Source of the DNA: Callorhinchus milii
Lineage: Eukaryota
Direction of reading: 5' to 3'
DNA length: 64,000 nt
Assembly (NCBI RefSeq): GCF_018977255.1
Contig: NW_024704742.1
Location: 5,396,001 to 5,460,000, forward strand
The first letter of the stretch is position 1. Each line of letters starts with the position of its first letter. The notes under the pieces are model-generated. The model was not told where the DNA came from, searched no databases, and saw only the letters and a program-made list of their open reading frames with translations. The position numbers were made by a program, and so were the translations under genes. Below, piece by piece: positions 24,670 through 37,721 of this stretch.

Positions 24670-25515
24670 ATATAAAATTACATTGGTAAAGCGCCTTTCG
24701 CGTGGGGAGGACGTCCCAAAGGCGCTGAACAGTCAGGGATCAGGACCCGAGCGGAGCGGGAGGGGGTTGTGGGGAGGAAAAGTTGGATCAGGGAGGGCGG
24801 AGAGTGGCTGAAGTGGAGGGTCTTGAGACGTGCCTTAAGGGAGGCAGCGAGGCAAAGGGAATGTGGGATGGAGATCCAGAGGGTGGGGGCAGAGAGGCTG
24901 AAGGCCCGGCCGCCGATGGTGAGTGGAGGGAGCGGACAGGTTGATAAGGGGTTAGCAGGTCGGAGAGGTAGGACAGCCTTGAAACTTGGGACGTCCTCCC
25001 GACGTGAAAGATGCTTTACAAATGTAATTCTGTTGTTGTTGTTGTCTGTAGCTTGCGGAGGGAAGAGTTGGGAAGGCCGGCAAGCAGGGCATTGGCAGAG
25101 TCGAGCCTGGTTGTATGGGAGTTTCAGCGGCCTGAGGGGTGATGCAGTGGCAGAGTCGGGCAATGTTGCGAAGGTGGGGGGGAAGGCAGAGCGGGTCATG
25201 GCACAGATGTGGGGGAGAAATTGGGTGTCATCCGCGTACATGTGGAAGTTGACCCCATGTCTACAGATGATGTCACCAAGAGGAAGCATGTATAGATTGA
25301 AGAGAAGAGGACCGAGGACAGAGCCCTGAGGAACACCACACGATACAGTGTGGGGGCTGGAGGAGAAGCCATTTGTGGAGACAGAGTGGAGTTCTGTGCG
25401 AGAGATAGGATCTGAAGCATTCAAGGACAGAACCTTGAAGGTTGAGGTGAGAGGAGAGACAGTGGAGGAGGATAGAGTGGTCCACAGTGTCAAAGGCAGC
25501 AGAGAGCTCGAGCAA
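24670..25515 (-). mobile_element. L2 RT fragment (family A), internally deleted, interrupted by an opposite-strand L2 tail at about 24985-25045
   Basis: [26 protein letters not shown] and HMYADDTQ motifs. Confidence 0.9.
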
Positions 25516-25741
25516 AGACCTTCAGGTCAGAAAGACGTCCCAGGGCACTGGATAATCTTGTTTTGGACCTGAGCTAGGAGTTGGGATCAAAAGGGAGGGA
25601 GGGGGGTTGGGGGTGGGAAGGTGGCCGAATGCATGATCGAAGAGGAAGGTCTTCAGATTGGACTTCAAGGAGGCAAGAGGAGGTGAGTCGGAGGGATTGT
25701 GGGATAGAGTTCCAGAATGTGGGCCACAGATGCTGATTATT

Positions 25742-25940
25742 ATACATGAATAATAATTGCATTTGATATAGTGCCTTATCATGTCTTTGAGACGTCTCAA
25801 AGCGCTTCACAGGATATACTGTAAAGTGAATTGACTGTATATTTGTGGGCGAAACGTGGCAGCCAATTGCGTACAGCAGTGTCTTGCAAAGAGCGGTGGA
25901 TTGAGTGACCAAATTATTTTTATTAATTTTTGAAGGGATT
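25742..25940 (-). mobile_element. 5'-truncated tRNA SINE (3' module)
   Basis: Family tail and 3' body, ending at the AT-rich linker. Confidence 0.85.
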
Positions 25941-26094
25941 ATTCAAAAAGGCCATTAGGGCAGGCAACAATGATGACAGCTTGCATTGAAATATCGCCTT
26001 CAGTGCTCTTAATAGAGGTGGAGTTTGACGCCGAGCCAGGGGGTAGGAGGGAGGTGACCGTAGGCAAGGTTGAAGAGGAAGGCCAATTCATGCA

Positions 26095-26360
26095 TGACAA
26101 TGTCCCAAAACAGCCATGAATTTTATTTGGGGGATTGTTGGTCAGGACACAGGGAAAAACTCCCTTGTCTTTTTGAATAGTGTCATGAGATCTTTAACGT
26201 CCACCGAAACAGGTAACCAGGACCTCAAGTTAACATCTGAACCAAAGGACAGAACCTCTGAAATCCAGTGTTTCCCCAGTACTCCACTGAGTGTCAATGT
26301 GGACTGTGACTCACCCACAACTTTCTGACTCACAGGCAGAGCTCTACCACTGAACCGAGT
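26095..26360 (-). mobile_element. Older DeuSINE-type fragment
   Basis: Homologous to 21555-21945. Confidence 0.6.
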
Positions 26361-27138
26361 TGACAGATATTGTCTTCTTACAGTTATCATCTCTTTCCAT
26401 TGTAAAAAAAACACGCTTGAGACCTCCAGTCACGTGCACTATTAGCCCATCTCCAAGATGCCCTTCCTTTCCAATGTTTTGCATTATTACCTTCCACATT
26501 CACTCACACCTTTCCCTATTCTCTGTTCAAGACCTTAAGTTAAAGTTACAAATGCCATTCCCTCTGTGACCAGGACTCCATCTGCCGTCTTCTCCTCCTA
26601 GTGCTCTCTGGTACCTTTGACATAGTCAACTATGCCATCCTTCTCTATCACCTCTCCTCTGTCATTGCGCTCCAATGGGACCACACTCTCCTGGCTCAAG
26701 TCCTACTTGACCGAGCGTCACCATTTTCTCTCCACCAATGGCTTCTCCTTCCACCCCCACACCAGACTCTTTAAGATTTGGATGGAGACGACCAATATGG
26801 TGCTATAATAATCCAAAGTTTGTTAAGCAATGCAAATAGCTTAGCTTATTCTTGAAACTGAGACCAGATGCAGTAAAACCAATAACGATTCCACTGGGAA
26901 ATGCACTGACACTCTGCGACGACTTTGACTTTTCCAAAGTCACTTCTTTTAGGTGTTTTTACCTCTGCCTCTCCTTCCATAATCTGACTCACAAGCCTCC
27001 CTGCCTTCGTCTCTAGTCTCTAGTTTTTCCTCTGAGAAAATGGAACTGCAGCCTCCTTCATCCTCAAGCAGCTCGTGACCTTGAGGAGACTATTTTCCCA
27101 TGAGAAAAGAACTGATAGACATCTTTAGGGAGTTGTTG

Positions 27139-27514
27139 GGAGTCCTGTAGCTCAGTGGTTAGAGCACTTGCCTCGCAAGCGAGAGACCTGGGTTTGATTC
27201 CCGGCAGCGCGAAACCTTGGGCAAATTTCTTTACTTCACACGCCTCTGTTTACCTAGCAGTAAATAGGAACCCGGTTGTTAGTCGATGGGCGGATCGCTT
27301 TTCCGGGGGTAATAATTCCTTGAGAAGAAGAATAATAATGAATTGGTCACTTCAATCCACGACTGTTTGTGGGACGCTGCTGTGCGCAATTGGCTGCTGC
27401 GTTCCGCCCACAAAATATACAGTCAATTCACTTTACAGTATATTCTGTGAAGTGCTTTGAGACGTATCAAAGACCTGACCAAGAGCTAAACCAAATGCAA
27501 GGATTATTATTATT
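27139..27514 (+). mobile_element. tRNA-derived SINE, full length
   Basis: A box at 27148-27158, B box GGTTTGATTCC at 27191-27201, CGC at the anticodon-loop position, (ATT)n tail. Confidence 0.93.
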
Positions 27515-27989
27515 GTTTCTCAGCTTTGAGGAAAGGAGAATGTTATCAGAAACCGACCTCAACTGGTCCAGCCAAGATATCTTGAACTCCTGCTAAACTA
27601 GTCGTTTGAGACAACAAGCCCCACCATGCCTCATGAGATTAATTAAATCTTAAAAACATTAAGCATCACAAATATAATCTTAGAGCTCCACAATCCTATC
27701 ACCCCATCCTCCCCAGTTCCATTGGCTCCAAATCGTCTCCTGGATTGAGTCCCAATACTTGTTCTCAACTTTAAATCTCTCCACAGTCTCGCCCAACTGC
27801 AGACCACTGTATAATGTCGGTGATTTCAGACCGCTGTGTGACAGCAGTGATTCTAGTCAGTCTTAAATAACAGAGGAAATAGTACAGGCTTTTTCATGTA
27901 ACCTTTCAAACATACTTGGAAATGAAAGATGTACCACACAACTTGCCAAAGTAACATCTCTGTTCAAGAAGGGAGAAAGGCATCATCCG

Positions 27990-28290
27990 GATTACGATAG
28001 AACATTTAGTCTCACATCTGCAATGTATAAACTTCTGGAAGCCATAATATGGGATAACATAAGTAAACACTTGAAGAGGAATGTGCTGATTAATGACACC
28101 CAATGTGTAAAAAGCAAATCATATCTCGCAAATTTAATAATGTTCTTTGAAGGAATAACAGCACATTGATAAGCAGAATGCAGTGGATGTTATGCATATA
28201 GATTTTCAAAGGGTGTTTCATAAGGTGCCGCATCAGAGGATTGAAAAAAATCAAGGAGCACGGCATTAGTGGTAATGTGGCAGCATGGAT
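27990..28290 (+). mobile_element. CR1 RT fragment
   Basis: DVMHIDFQRVFHKVPHQR resembles CR1 DVVYLDFQKAFDKVPH. Confidence 0.75.
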
Positions 28291-29419
28291 AAAATAGCAG
28301 TTCTTCATTTGATATAGCACCACATCACAACCACAACTTGCATTTATATAGCGCCCTTCACAGGGGGGAGAGTCCCTGAGTGCTTCGGAGTGGTTAAGCA
28401 AACAATGTGAATATTACCTGCAAGATGTAAAGGACCTCCATCTCCTGCAACTGTGAGTGCTGTGCTCCGGATTGGTTAAAAAAATATTTTTCCTGCACAC
28501 ACCGCTATATAAAGGCTGTCAAATGAATTTACCTGTCTGCGAGCTTGATCGTCTCGGGGTTCTGAACCACGCAGAAGACTCACAAACGTTGGCGTCAACA
28601 ATTTAATTCAAATTAAATACAGAATTGACTCATTGCAGTCCACGAGGAGCACGCCTAAAATTTTACTTTGCCTCTCCGGCCTGAAAATTTAAGCTCGCAC
28701 CGAACTGTGCAAAAATTCTTAAATTCATTTTGCCTTTCATTTGAAATTCAGTTTCCACAGCGCTTACCGCGCAAAAAAAAAACCCAACAGTTTCCAAATT
28801 AAGATTGAATTTCAGAGCTTGGCAAGATTCTTTCTGCAAGTCTTCAATTTCAAGACAAAGTAGTATTGCAGGACAAAAGTAGTTTTAGCTTCAGACCTTA
28901 CAAGGGCTGAGTGGTGTTTGTTTTGACAGCCTTTCGAGGCTGGTGTACAGCACCCTTTGGGTGGCAGGTTCGCTGGTGTGTGAGATGCTATCAACTGGGT
29001 GGTGTTTGACCCACGAGAAAGATCCCTTGTTCTTCCAACCTTCTCCTTTATGTCCCCCGTCTTCTCAGTTCCACCTCCAGCTTTGAGCGACTTTGCCTCG
29101 GGACAAGCACGGTTTGCGCTCACAGGCTGGTAAGGGGGAGCAGCGCGCAGAGAATTACATGGAATTATGTACAGCCGTACAGCCCGCAAACCGGCACTCA
29201 GCCCGACTGGTCTGTGCCAGTGTGTACGGTCAAGCACGAGCTCCTATCCCTCTTATTCCCCTCTCCTCTACCTTGTTATCCTCTTGTCCCTCTTATATGC
29301 AGAGTGTGCGAGTGCGTTGCCACCATCCTCCAGGCTGGTGTAGAGCTCCCTCTGATGGAATTTGAATGATATAGTAAAGTATTGATTCATTTTATAACAT
29401 CAATCATTGCATAGATATA

Positions 29420-29680
29420 CACCAACAACAATTTGCATTTATATAGCTCCCCTCACACAGGGTAGCGTCCCAGAGCGCTTGACCGTGTCGGAGCACGACA
29501 TCGAGCCGGGGATAGGGGGGAGGTGACCGTAGGCATGGTCGAGTAGGACGGTCTTGAGGCGCGACTTGAAGATGGGAAAGGAAAGGGGGGAAGGCGGAGG
29601 GAGGGAGGAAGAGTGTTCCAGAGTTGCGGGGCACAGTGGCTGTGAGCGTGGACACCGATGGTGGAGCGGAGGTCACGAGG
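29420..29680 (-). mobile_element. L2 3' end (family B)
   Basis: LWNTLP and a (CAA)n tail on the plus strand. Confidence 0.8.
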
Positions 29681-30181
29681 GACACGCATATAGCACCTTT
29701 CACATCAGGAGGATGCCTCAAAGCACTCCACAGGATGTACTGTGAAGTGCAGTGACTGTGTGTTCTGTAGGTGAACAACTGCGTACGTTTTAGCGATGTC
29801 TCGATAATTAAATTAATTACAATGGATATCTTAATGTTCAACGTGCTACCAGAAAGTATTCATCAGAAGCAATCACTGGATATTCAGCAATTAGTCTGAT
29901 GCTTATATTTTATTCAGCGTACTAATCAAATTGGTGTCCAAAAGGACACCCACATTAAACAATTACACAAAGCAATTGTGTGTTGCTCTTCACAATGTTG
30001 CTGTTCAAATTATAATCTGTGACTATAATTATTTTGTAATCATAGAATCATACAATATTGCAGCCCAGAAATACACTGATTCACTATCATAATAAATATA
30101 ATAATCCTTGCATTTAATACAGCGCCTTATCATGCCTTCGAGGCATCTTAAAGTGTTTCACAGAATACACTGTGAAGTGAA

Positions 30182-30557
30182 ACAGAAACAGAAGTCGCTG
30201 GGAACACTCAGCAGGTAGGGCAGCATCTATGGAGAAAAGAAACTGAGTTAACGTTTCAGGTCCATTACCGTTCGTCAGAACTGGGGTACGTTGGGAGGGA
30301 GAGGCTTTTAAGGACAAGTTGAGAGAGGGGAGGCAGGGCAAGGAAGACCAAGGAAAAAATGGAATAGAGGACATGGATTGATGGGTTAAAGAGACGTTAA
30401 TGATGCAAAATAAAGTGAGACTGCAACAAAACAGTGAGAGAAAAGGTTTGTCTGGGACCCAGATGATGTGGTAATGGTCACAGAAGAGGGGGAGGGGGAA
30501 GGTGAGTTGTTATGGTCTGAAATTATTGAAATCAATATTGAGGCCAGAGGGCTGTAC
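30182..30557 (-). mobile_element. Penelope-like element 3' fragment
   Basis: Minus strand encodes VQPSGLNIDFNNFRP-stop (GIY-YIG C-terminal P.GLN motif), then a pyrimidine-rich UTR and a hammerhead motif. Flanked by a 13-bp duplication. Confidence 0.8.
30246..30282 (-). ncRNA. Minimal type I hammerhead ribozyme motif (possibly decayed)
   Basis: AGUU CUGACGA ACGGU AAUGG ACCU GAAACGUU AACU: both core boxes, stem I AGUU/AACU, imperfect stem II, palindromic ACGU in place of stem III. Confidence 0.7.
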
Positions 30558-32498
30558 GTGAATTGACTGTGAAGTGAATTGACTGTATATATCGTGTGGG
30601 CAAAATACGGCAACCAATTGTGCACAGCACTGTCCTACAAACGGTCATGCATTGAGCGAGCAAATTATTTTAAGTGATTAAATTACCCCCGGAAAAGCGA
30701 TCCGTCGATCGACTACCAACCAGGTTCCTACTTACTACTAGGTAAACAGTGTGGAGTAAGGAAACTTGCCTAACGTTTTGCCCTGCCCGGGAATCGATCC
30801 CTGGACCTTCTCACTTGGGAGGCGAGTGCTTTAACCACTGAGCTACATACGTGCTGTCAGTCAGGCAGCTTCCTGTGTCGAGTGTTAGAATCACAGGTTT
30901 AGCTGCAGATTGTGGCACCGAGCTTTGTTCTGTCTATTTTCAGTAGACAACCTCCCTCTGGTGAAAATATACTGCAATTACACGACTGTAAAATGTCAGC
31001 TTTGCTTTGATCTCAAACTCTGGGTGGGTTTAAAGATTTAGGAGGCGACTGATTGAGTGAGGAAAAAAGGCAATGGGGAGTTACTGCCTATCACAAAATT
31101 CTATGTTCAAATTCTATGGAGGGGGTTGTGGCTTGTGGACGATAGCCTTAACCGCAGCCTGAGTTGTGCTGCATGGCAAAGCAGTCAACCTGGAGATCAT
31201 CAGAAGGTCTGTGAGCCGTCTTGGTCAACTGGATGCCAAGTAACTGAGGCAAGACAAGGAATACTCCAGTGCATTGGTGGACAACCTGTGGCCCCATGGG
31301 CCAAAAGTCTAAGTAAGTCGATGTTCGATCGGTAGGGTGTTTCCAATTTTTTCTTGATTGAATGTTTCTGGATTTATGGCATCAGTCAAGAAATATTCAA
31401 TCAAGAACATTTATTTTGTCGGCTTGGTTGGTCACCACTGTTCTAGTGTTCTTACCAGCTGATAACTCCAGCCGCACTGGTCCTCTCCAGTCACCGGTTT
31501 AATGCACGACAAATGTCCAACTTGACAACCTTATTATTTTTCTGTGGTCCATCACTGAACCGACATTACACAACCTGATCTCTCCTCAGTGTAAACTAGG
31601 ACCAATTTAGACAAGAAAACCTCCATCTACGCCAGTCTCTATTGAGCATTGTATCAGAATAAGTCTGCAGTATAGTTAGCAACCTTTTGATGCTCAACCA
31701 ATGGAGCTGCCCAAGATCTCAGTATTATTTTGGTATATGAAGGAATGAATTGTTTTACAGTTTCTGGGCAATTGACTTAACATGGCCACGTAATTCTGCA
31801 GACACTGACTCTTTGTTTTAAAGAGAATTTATGCTGTTCTTGTTGCATGTTGTACACTCACTACTATTTGGAGTCATGTCTACTGATTTTGCATTATTGT
31901 CATAAAACTGTGCTATTTTAATCGGCATTCCTGGTTGTCCTGCAAACTTTTCGCTGGCGTAAAGAAAATTGCACAATTTGTTTGTGAATATCTTTTGCTC
32001 TAACCCTGGATCTAACTGCTGTCAGAACTTTATACATAACTGCCCCTGGAACTGTACACAGATGAACAGCAAAGACAAGAGCACAATTGTATGATACCCA
32101 CAATGTGCAAGTAACATCAGGCAAACTGGCTGTGAATCTTTGCCAGTGACCTCAAAGGGCTTTCCTTACTATTGTGAATTCATACAGTGCTGCAGATATT
32201 TCCAGATGCTGACTGACTTCTGGATGACAAAAATAAGAATATAGTAATTACATTGTTAGCTTGGTTCAGTTGGCACTATTAACTCAGGGCGTCAAATACT
32301 TGTGAGTTTCATTCCCGCATTAGACTGGAGCTTCTAGACATCCAGTATAACATCATAGAAGTTTAAAACACAGGAAGAAGCCTGAAAGAGCTATCCACTT
32401 CATCCCACTCCACTGTACTTTTTGTCAATCAAAGAAAAATTTCTCCCTATGTCCTAACCAATAACCCTCCAGATGATTCAGCAACTCACTTGTCTGAC

Positions 32499-32730
32499 AA
32501 TAATAATCCTTGCATTTGATATAGCACCTTATCATGTCTTCGAGACGTCTCAAAGCGCTTCACAGAATAGAATGTAAAGTAATTTGACTGCATATTTTCT
32601 GGGCGTGGATTGAGTGACCAAATTATCATTTATTTATTATTTATTTTTTGAAGGGATTATTACTCCTCCAGAAAAGCAATCCGCCAGTCGACTGACGACT
32701 GAGTTCCTGCTAGGTAAATAGAGGCATGTG
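32499..32730 (-). mobile_element. tRNA SINE fragment
   Basis: Family tail and partial body with deletions. Confidence 0.8.
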
Positions 32731-32744
32731 GCTGAGGCCCTTTG

Positions 32745-32945
32745 CAACCCTACACTCATATCATCTTGTTCTACTCTTTTGGAGCATCCTAAAGTATTGT
32801 TTACTTTTCAATCCCATTTAAAATCTTAAGTATTTCTATGAGGTTCCCTCTGAGTCTTCTTTGTCAAGGCTGAAGAGCCCAGCTTGTCTAATTATTGCTC
32901 AGGGTTCATTCCTTTAACACTGTGATCATCCTCCTTGCATTCAAA
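32745..32945 (-). mobile_element. CR1 3' fragment
   Basis: Minus strand RLDKLGSSA..KRRLRGNLIEILKILNG, matching the CR1 ORF2 C-terminus. Confidence 0.7.
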
Positions 32946-35900
32946 TAGGTTATTCAATTCTAATTTGAAAAGATTAAGTTCCCCCAGTGTTCGACGCAGC
33001 ATCGTGAATTCTGCCAACTTTTTTTTTCTGTAGGTTTGTCGGCTACGACACTGTTCAAAAGGAGGAGGACGTTTTCCCCTGGTTTCCTGGCACAACAATT
33101 GTACAGAAAAAGTTGGTCATTCATTTTGCGGTTACCTGAAAGCTTTGGTTGTGCACAAATTTGCAATTCCTTGTTAAGCGATTTGACTTTATAGGTGTTA
33201 TATCAAATGCAAATACTATAATAACCACCTTTAATGATAACTGGCTGAAATGATAAACGTCTACAATGAACCACGCTTCACGCAAGTCCCAGCATTGTTT
33301 AATGACACATTCACCTTGCCGTGCAACTGACCACTTGAGAAGATGATTCTCCGCTGTGTCTCGGGAGGCTGACTGTCCAGTTCCTCTCACTGCCTCCCAG
33401 CTTCAGTTTTTCTGACTGCAGTACAGTGTAAACTCCGTGCTGATGGGCTGCACCCTCCCAAACCTCGTGCAACGACCACTGACTGAAAACAATAAGCACA
33501 AACCCGACTGCGGCAACTGCATACTGTCAAATTTGCAACATTTGTAATAACCGCACAGGTCCTTTCTCCTGGCCCTGCAATGCTGGTGATTTATGAAGGG
33601 ACTCTTAGGAGGAATCAGTGGTCTGATCGCCTTGTGCAGTAGGATTTACAATTCCAGCATTTGGCCAATTGCTTGTGACTGAGGTCCGGTTGGAGAGACA
33701 CCATCAAGTCAACAACCTTCTGCTGTTCAACAGCCCATTTCACTTTCCAGAACTGACAGTCTGGCAGTTCAGCGTCACTGTGATGTATTCTGCTGTGCTA
33801 TATGAATGTAATTTGTTGTTGTTGTGGGTGTTCCGCCTGAAAGCGTTCCTCTTCGACCGTGTTTACGGCCACCTCCCCCCCCCCACCCCACGGCTCGGAG
33901 TCAGGCCACTGTTAAGCGCTCTGAGTCGCTACCCTGGGTGGAGAGCGCTGTATAAGTGCAAGTTGCCGTTGTTGTGGGTGGTGGTAAATGTGCTGAATCT
34001 CACACACAAAGCAGATTTGACATGCCTGCAGAGTATGTGTGTAATCTAGTGGTAACAGGTGGACTGGGTTCTGCATATCAGCAAAATGAAGGAATAAAAT
34101 CCGGACGGAAACGTTGAGCCTCATTTTATTTAAAGAGGCAATGTCTCCCCGCTCGGTCTACATCTCCAAACTGGTAGAACTCACAAATGCACAATGTTGG
34201 GATTTTGAACTTGCTTTAACGTTCTGAGAATTTAAAATAAGTAATAATTTGCGAGTAAAAGAGAGGATGGGCGTTTAAAGCAGTAAAATGACATATTCAT
34301 CAAGTGAAACGTTCTCATCAGCTCCTGTCGTTCTCAATGAAATACAATAGAATTTACATGCGCCTTTGCATCTTGAACACAGTACAAGTGCAAGGAATTG
34401 CTAGCACTGTAAAACCCGCTGTATAGGGTAAAAAGGATTAAAGGGTTCCTTTGTGGTGCTCGCTGCATTAGTAGGTTGCTATTAGCCAGCACTTTACATA
34501 ATGGAAGAAAAGCTTCTCATAATTGAATCATTTCTACTTCCCTCTGTCACTATGGTGAAAAGCTTTTGGTTCAAAGAGCACTTCTCTATTTAGCTCTCAG
34601 GCCTCGGACTAGTTGAACAGAACATGATGTTTTGATGCTATTTCCTATCGTACGCCAGGGTCTGCTGTCTGAGATAAAGAGGGGGGAATCTGTGTGGGGC
34701 ACTTATAAGAGATTGCTTGTTAATAATATTTTGAAAGGACACTCGTTATTTGAAGTGCAAGCGTAAAGTTTGCGAGTCTGTCTGTTATTTCTGTGCCTGC
34801 TCCTGAGGACTTACTAGAGCACTGGATAAAGATCTGTCTGTCTGCAGGCTCGCTGACCTTGCAAGGACGATGGTCCCTAAGAGCCAATAATGAGAGCATC
34901 AGCTTGAGAGATTACTCAGGGAAGGTGTTCTACCTTACTGAGTAGCTCGATATATACCAGATCCATATGGACAGCTTGCTTCCGCACACATGAGGTGAGG
35001 TCATTTCATTTCCATTCTAAAAGTTACAGAAAAATAGCTCAAGCTTATTTAGCGGAATGGTAACTGAAGTCAGATTAATTTTAGTCTTGATTTTGACAGT
35101 ACTGTGCTACCGTTGTTGAGGTTTATTCGCTGCAGATGTAAAAGCTCCTCACCTCCGTGCTTGCTCGCGCAACTATTTCTGTTGTTTTGACGATAGCTAC
35201 AGTATGTGAGAGCACTGATGGTGAATTGTGTTTTCTGTTCACTCATTGCCTTAAATATATTTTGGGGTTGCGGTGACCGTTTTAAACAGTGATGGGAATT
35301 GATTCGAAGTGTTGCCCCGTCTCTCTTATTTACGAACAACGCCGTAACGCTCACGATGGCAGAAGAAACTCAAAAGCAGTTTTAATTGGACTTTTTAAAA
35401 AAAAATAATAATACAAGAATTGCTCATCTTTCAGTGTACGGTTACACGGCTGAAGGTTGTAAGGGTGTAAGTGTGTTTTGTGCAGATGGAAGGGGGTGTG
35501 CTCAGGGGTTGCACTGTATAAATCATCACTGCAGAGCTAAGAATTGAACAAACCTTTCCAGGTTAAAATGTAAAATGTATAAATGAATTTGCTCGGTCTA
35601 GCATTTACAGACAGAGAGAGAGAGAGAGAGAGAGCTGAACATATTGTAAAGGCACTGTTCATTTCGGAGCAGGGTGTGGGAAGTAGTTATTGTTTTAAAG
35701 ATTTATTATTGGTGCTCACTCGCTACAGCTTACTTGCCAAGTTGATAGGATGTGAAGGTTATTTCATCATTTTATACATTATTAATTCCATGGATTGACG
35801 TTACCTGCTGTCTAAGCAAAAAGGTTTTTTTTTCCAGACTCCAAATCAATTGCAAACTTCAGTTGGCAGCTTATGTTTGGTCCAGATTTCCTCCTTGCGT

Positions 35901-36136
35901 TTTCACTTTACCAGAAGATCAGAACATAAGCAAGATTTCTTGCATATCTGCAGGAACACACTTTACCCTTACCTCCTGCAGCTGTGTACTGTAAACAAAA
36001 CGTCTTAAGCGCTCCGAGGCGTTGTCGGGCGTGAAGGGCACGGTATAAATGCAATGTGTTGATGTTGTTACCTATGTCGTGTGATTCTGACTTTCAGAAG
36101 AATTATGGTTTTATATGGAAAAGGATTTTCACCTGA

Positions 36137-36258
36137 CTCCCTCCCTCCCTCCCTCCCTCCCTCCCCCCTCCACTCACTCTCTCACTCACTCACTCACTCA
36201 CTCACTCACTCACTCCACTCACTCACTCACTCACTCACTCACTCACTCACTCACTCCC
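36137..36258. repeat. (CCCT)n + (TCAC)n microsatellite
   Basis: Directly visible. Confidence 0.97.
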
Positions 36259-37721
36259 TCAGTACTCGTGCTTTCTGCTCACCCTAGAGAACCAGAGAAC
36301 CTAGGAGCAAAACAAAATCAATTATTGTATATTTATTTCCAAGCTCCTTTGACTGTTAGATCATAAAGTAATCATAATATTTTTATCATTTTTGTTATTA
36401 AGAAGGAATAATAAAAAGGGCACTATATAAAATGCAAGTTATTGTTGTTGTTGTTGTTGTTGTAATCCTTGCATTTGGCATAGTGTCTTTCCCATCTGGT
36501 CACAAAGCTTCCACAGGATTTATTTTATGGGACCTTCCTGGAGTCAATGGTGTCAATCATGTACAAGCAGAGCACTATAGTATGCGATGGAGATAGGTTC
36601 ATTTTGAGATTAATGTAAATAATTCTTAAATCCATGATAGAAGTTGGGGAATTTTGTCTTGACCTTCAAGACAGTCCTTAGTGGTTTTGAAGAAAATCGA
36701 TTAAATATACATGGCTAACAGATGCCTCTCTGTCACTACTTGCTTGTTACGGACATTAAAAAATCTCTGCAACTGCCTTTGATCATGCAAAATATGTGTT
36801 TATTTCAAATGAGATGAAACTCACACAGAGCATTCACAATTAACAAAGGATGTTTTGTTTTTTTGCTTATGCAAAATGTTTGCAATATGTTAGGCAGTTT
36901 GTAACTAGGATATTAAGCGCACAACGTGAGCAGTGATCCAGATAAATATTTTGTCCCATTGCATTGAGGTTAAACCATATCTAAAGTGGTTCTAATCCTA
37001 TTATTGAGAGTTGGGAACATCCGTCCATGTTCATAGTTGGTAAAAGGTATATACACAGAACACAATCAATAAAGCGTCAGTAATGTGTCATGTACATACA
37101 ATCCACAAATGACCAATGTTTTACACAACATTTTGTGTGTATGCAAAGCAAAAAACACAGTGGCTTATAAGTAGTTTGGATTAGGCAACCTCACCTTCTA
37201 GGTCAAATGAATTGCTTAGCGAATATCTGACAGGTTTTCTCAGCAGCTCTGAATTATTTAAGGAGCTTGTTAATGAGTGCTGGCACCTTGTAAGACAACA
37301 TGGGGGTTTAGAGTGTACCGAAGATTATTATTATACCAATTGTGCACACTGGAATTATTCTGCCCTTCCAGTCTAATGCTCCCATGAAGGAGACGGTTTG
37401 AATTCTGAATGTCTTTGGTACTTGTTGATATTTTTGACCATTTTAGTTTGTGTCTGGACTCTCACTGTATTCCTGTGGTGTAACTCAAGGATGACTGTTG
37501 ACTGTAATTGCAGTATTGGTTGGATGCTGTCTTACAGAGAACAATTCGATTGATCACAGTAGGTTAAATGTCTGGTGTCATTTTTTTTTGAACGAATGAT
37601 TTCCTAAAGGCAGTGCTTTGCTGGGATACAGTTCTATGGGCTGCTGTTCAACCGTTAATCCCTTCACACCCTAGCACCTCCCTACCTCTTTGACCTGCAG
37701 GTACCCCATTTCTCTGCCCAT

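Larger units (their letters stand above)
22430..24700. promoter_or_regulatory. CpG island covering RAP1GDS1 exon 1 and promoter
   Basis: Abrupt GC- and CpG-rich block in an AT-rich, CpG-poor background. Contains the start codon. Confidence 0.92.
30095..30848 (-). mobile_element. tRNA SINE split by a Penelope insertion
   Basis: Tail at 30095-30181; the body resumes at about 30566 and runs to the head at about 30848. Confidence 0.88.

Noticed and set aside
27141..27212. tRNA-Ala gene
   Set aside because: SINE head that runs into the SINE body, has a poor acceptor stem and has many diverged copies.
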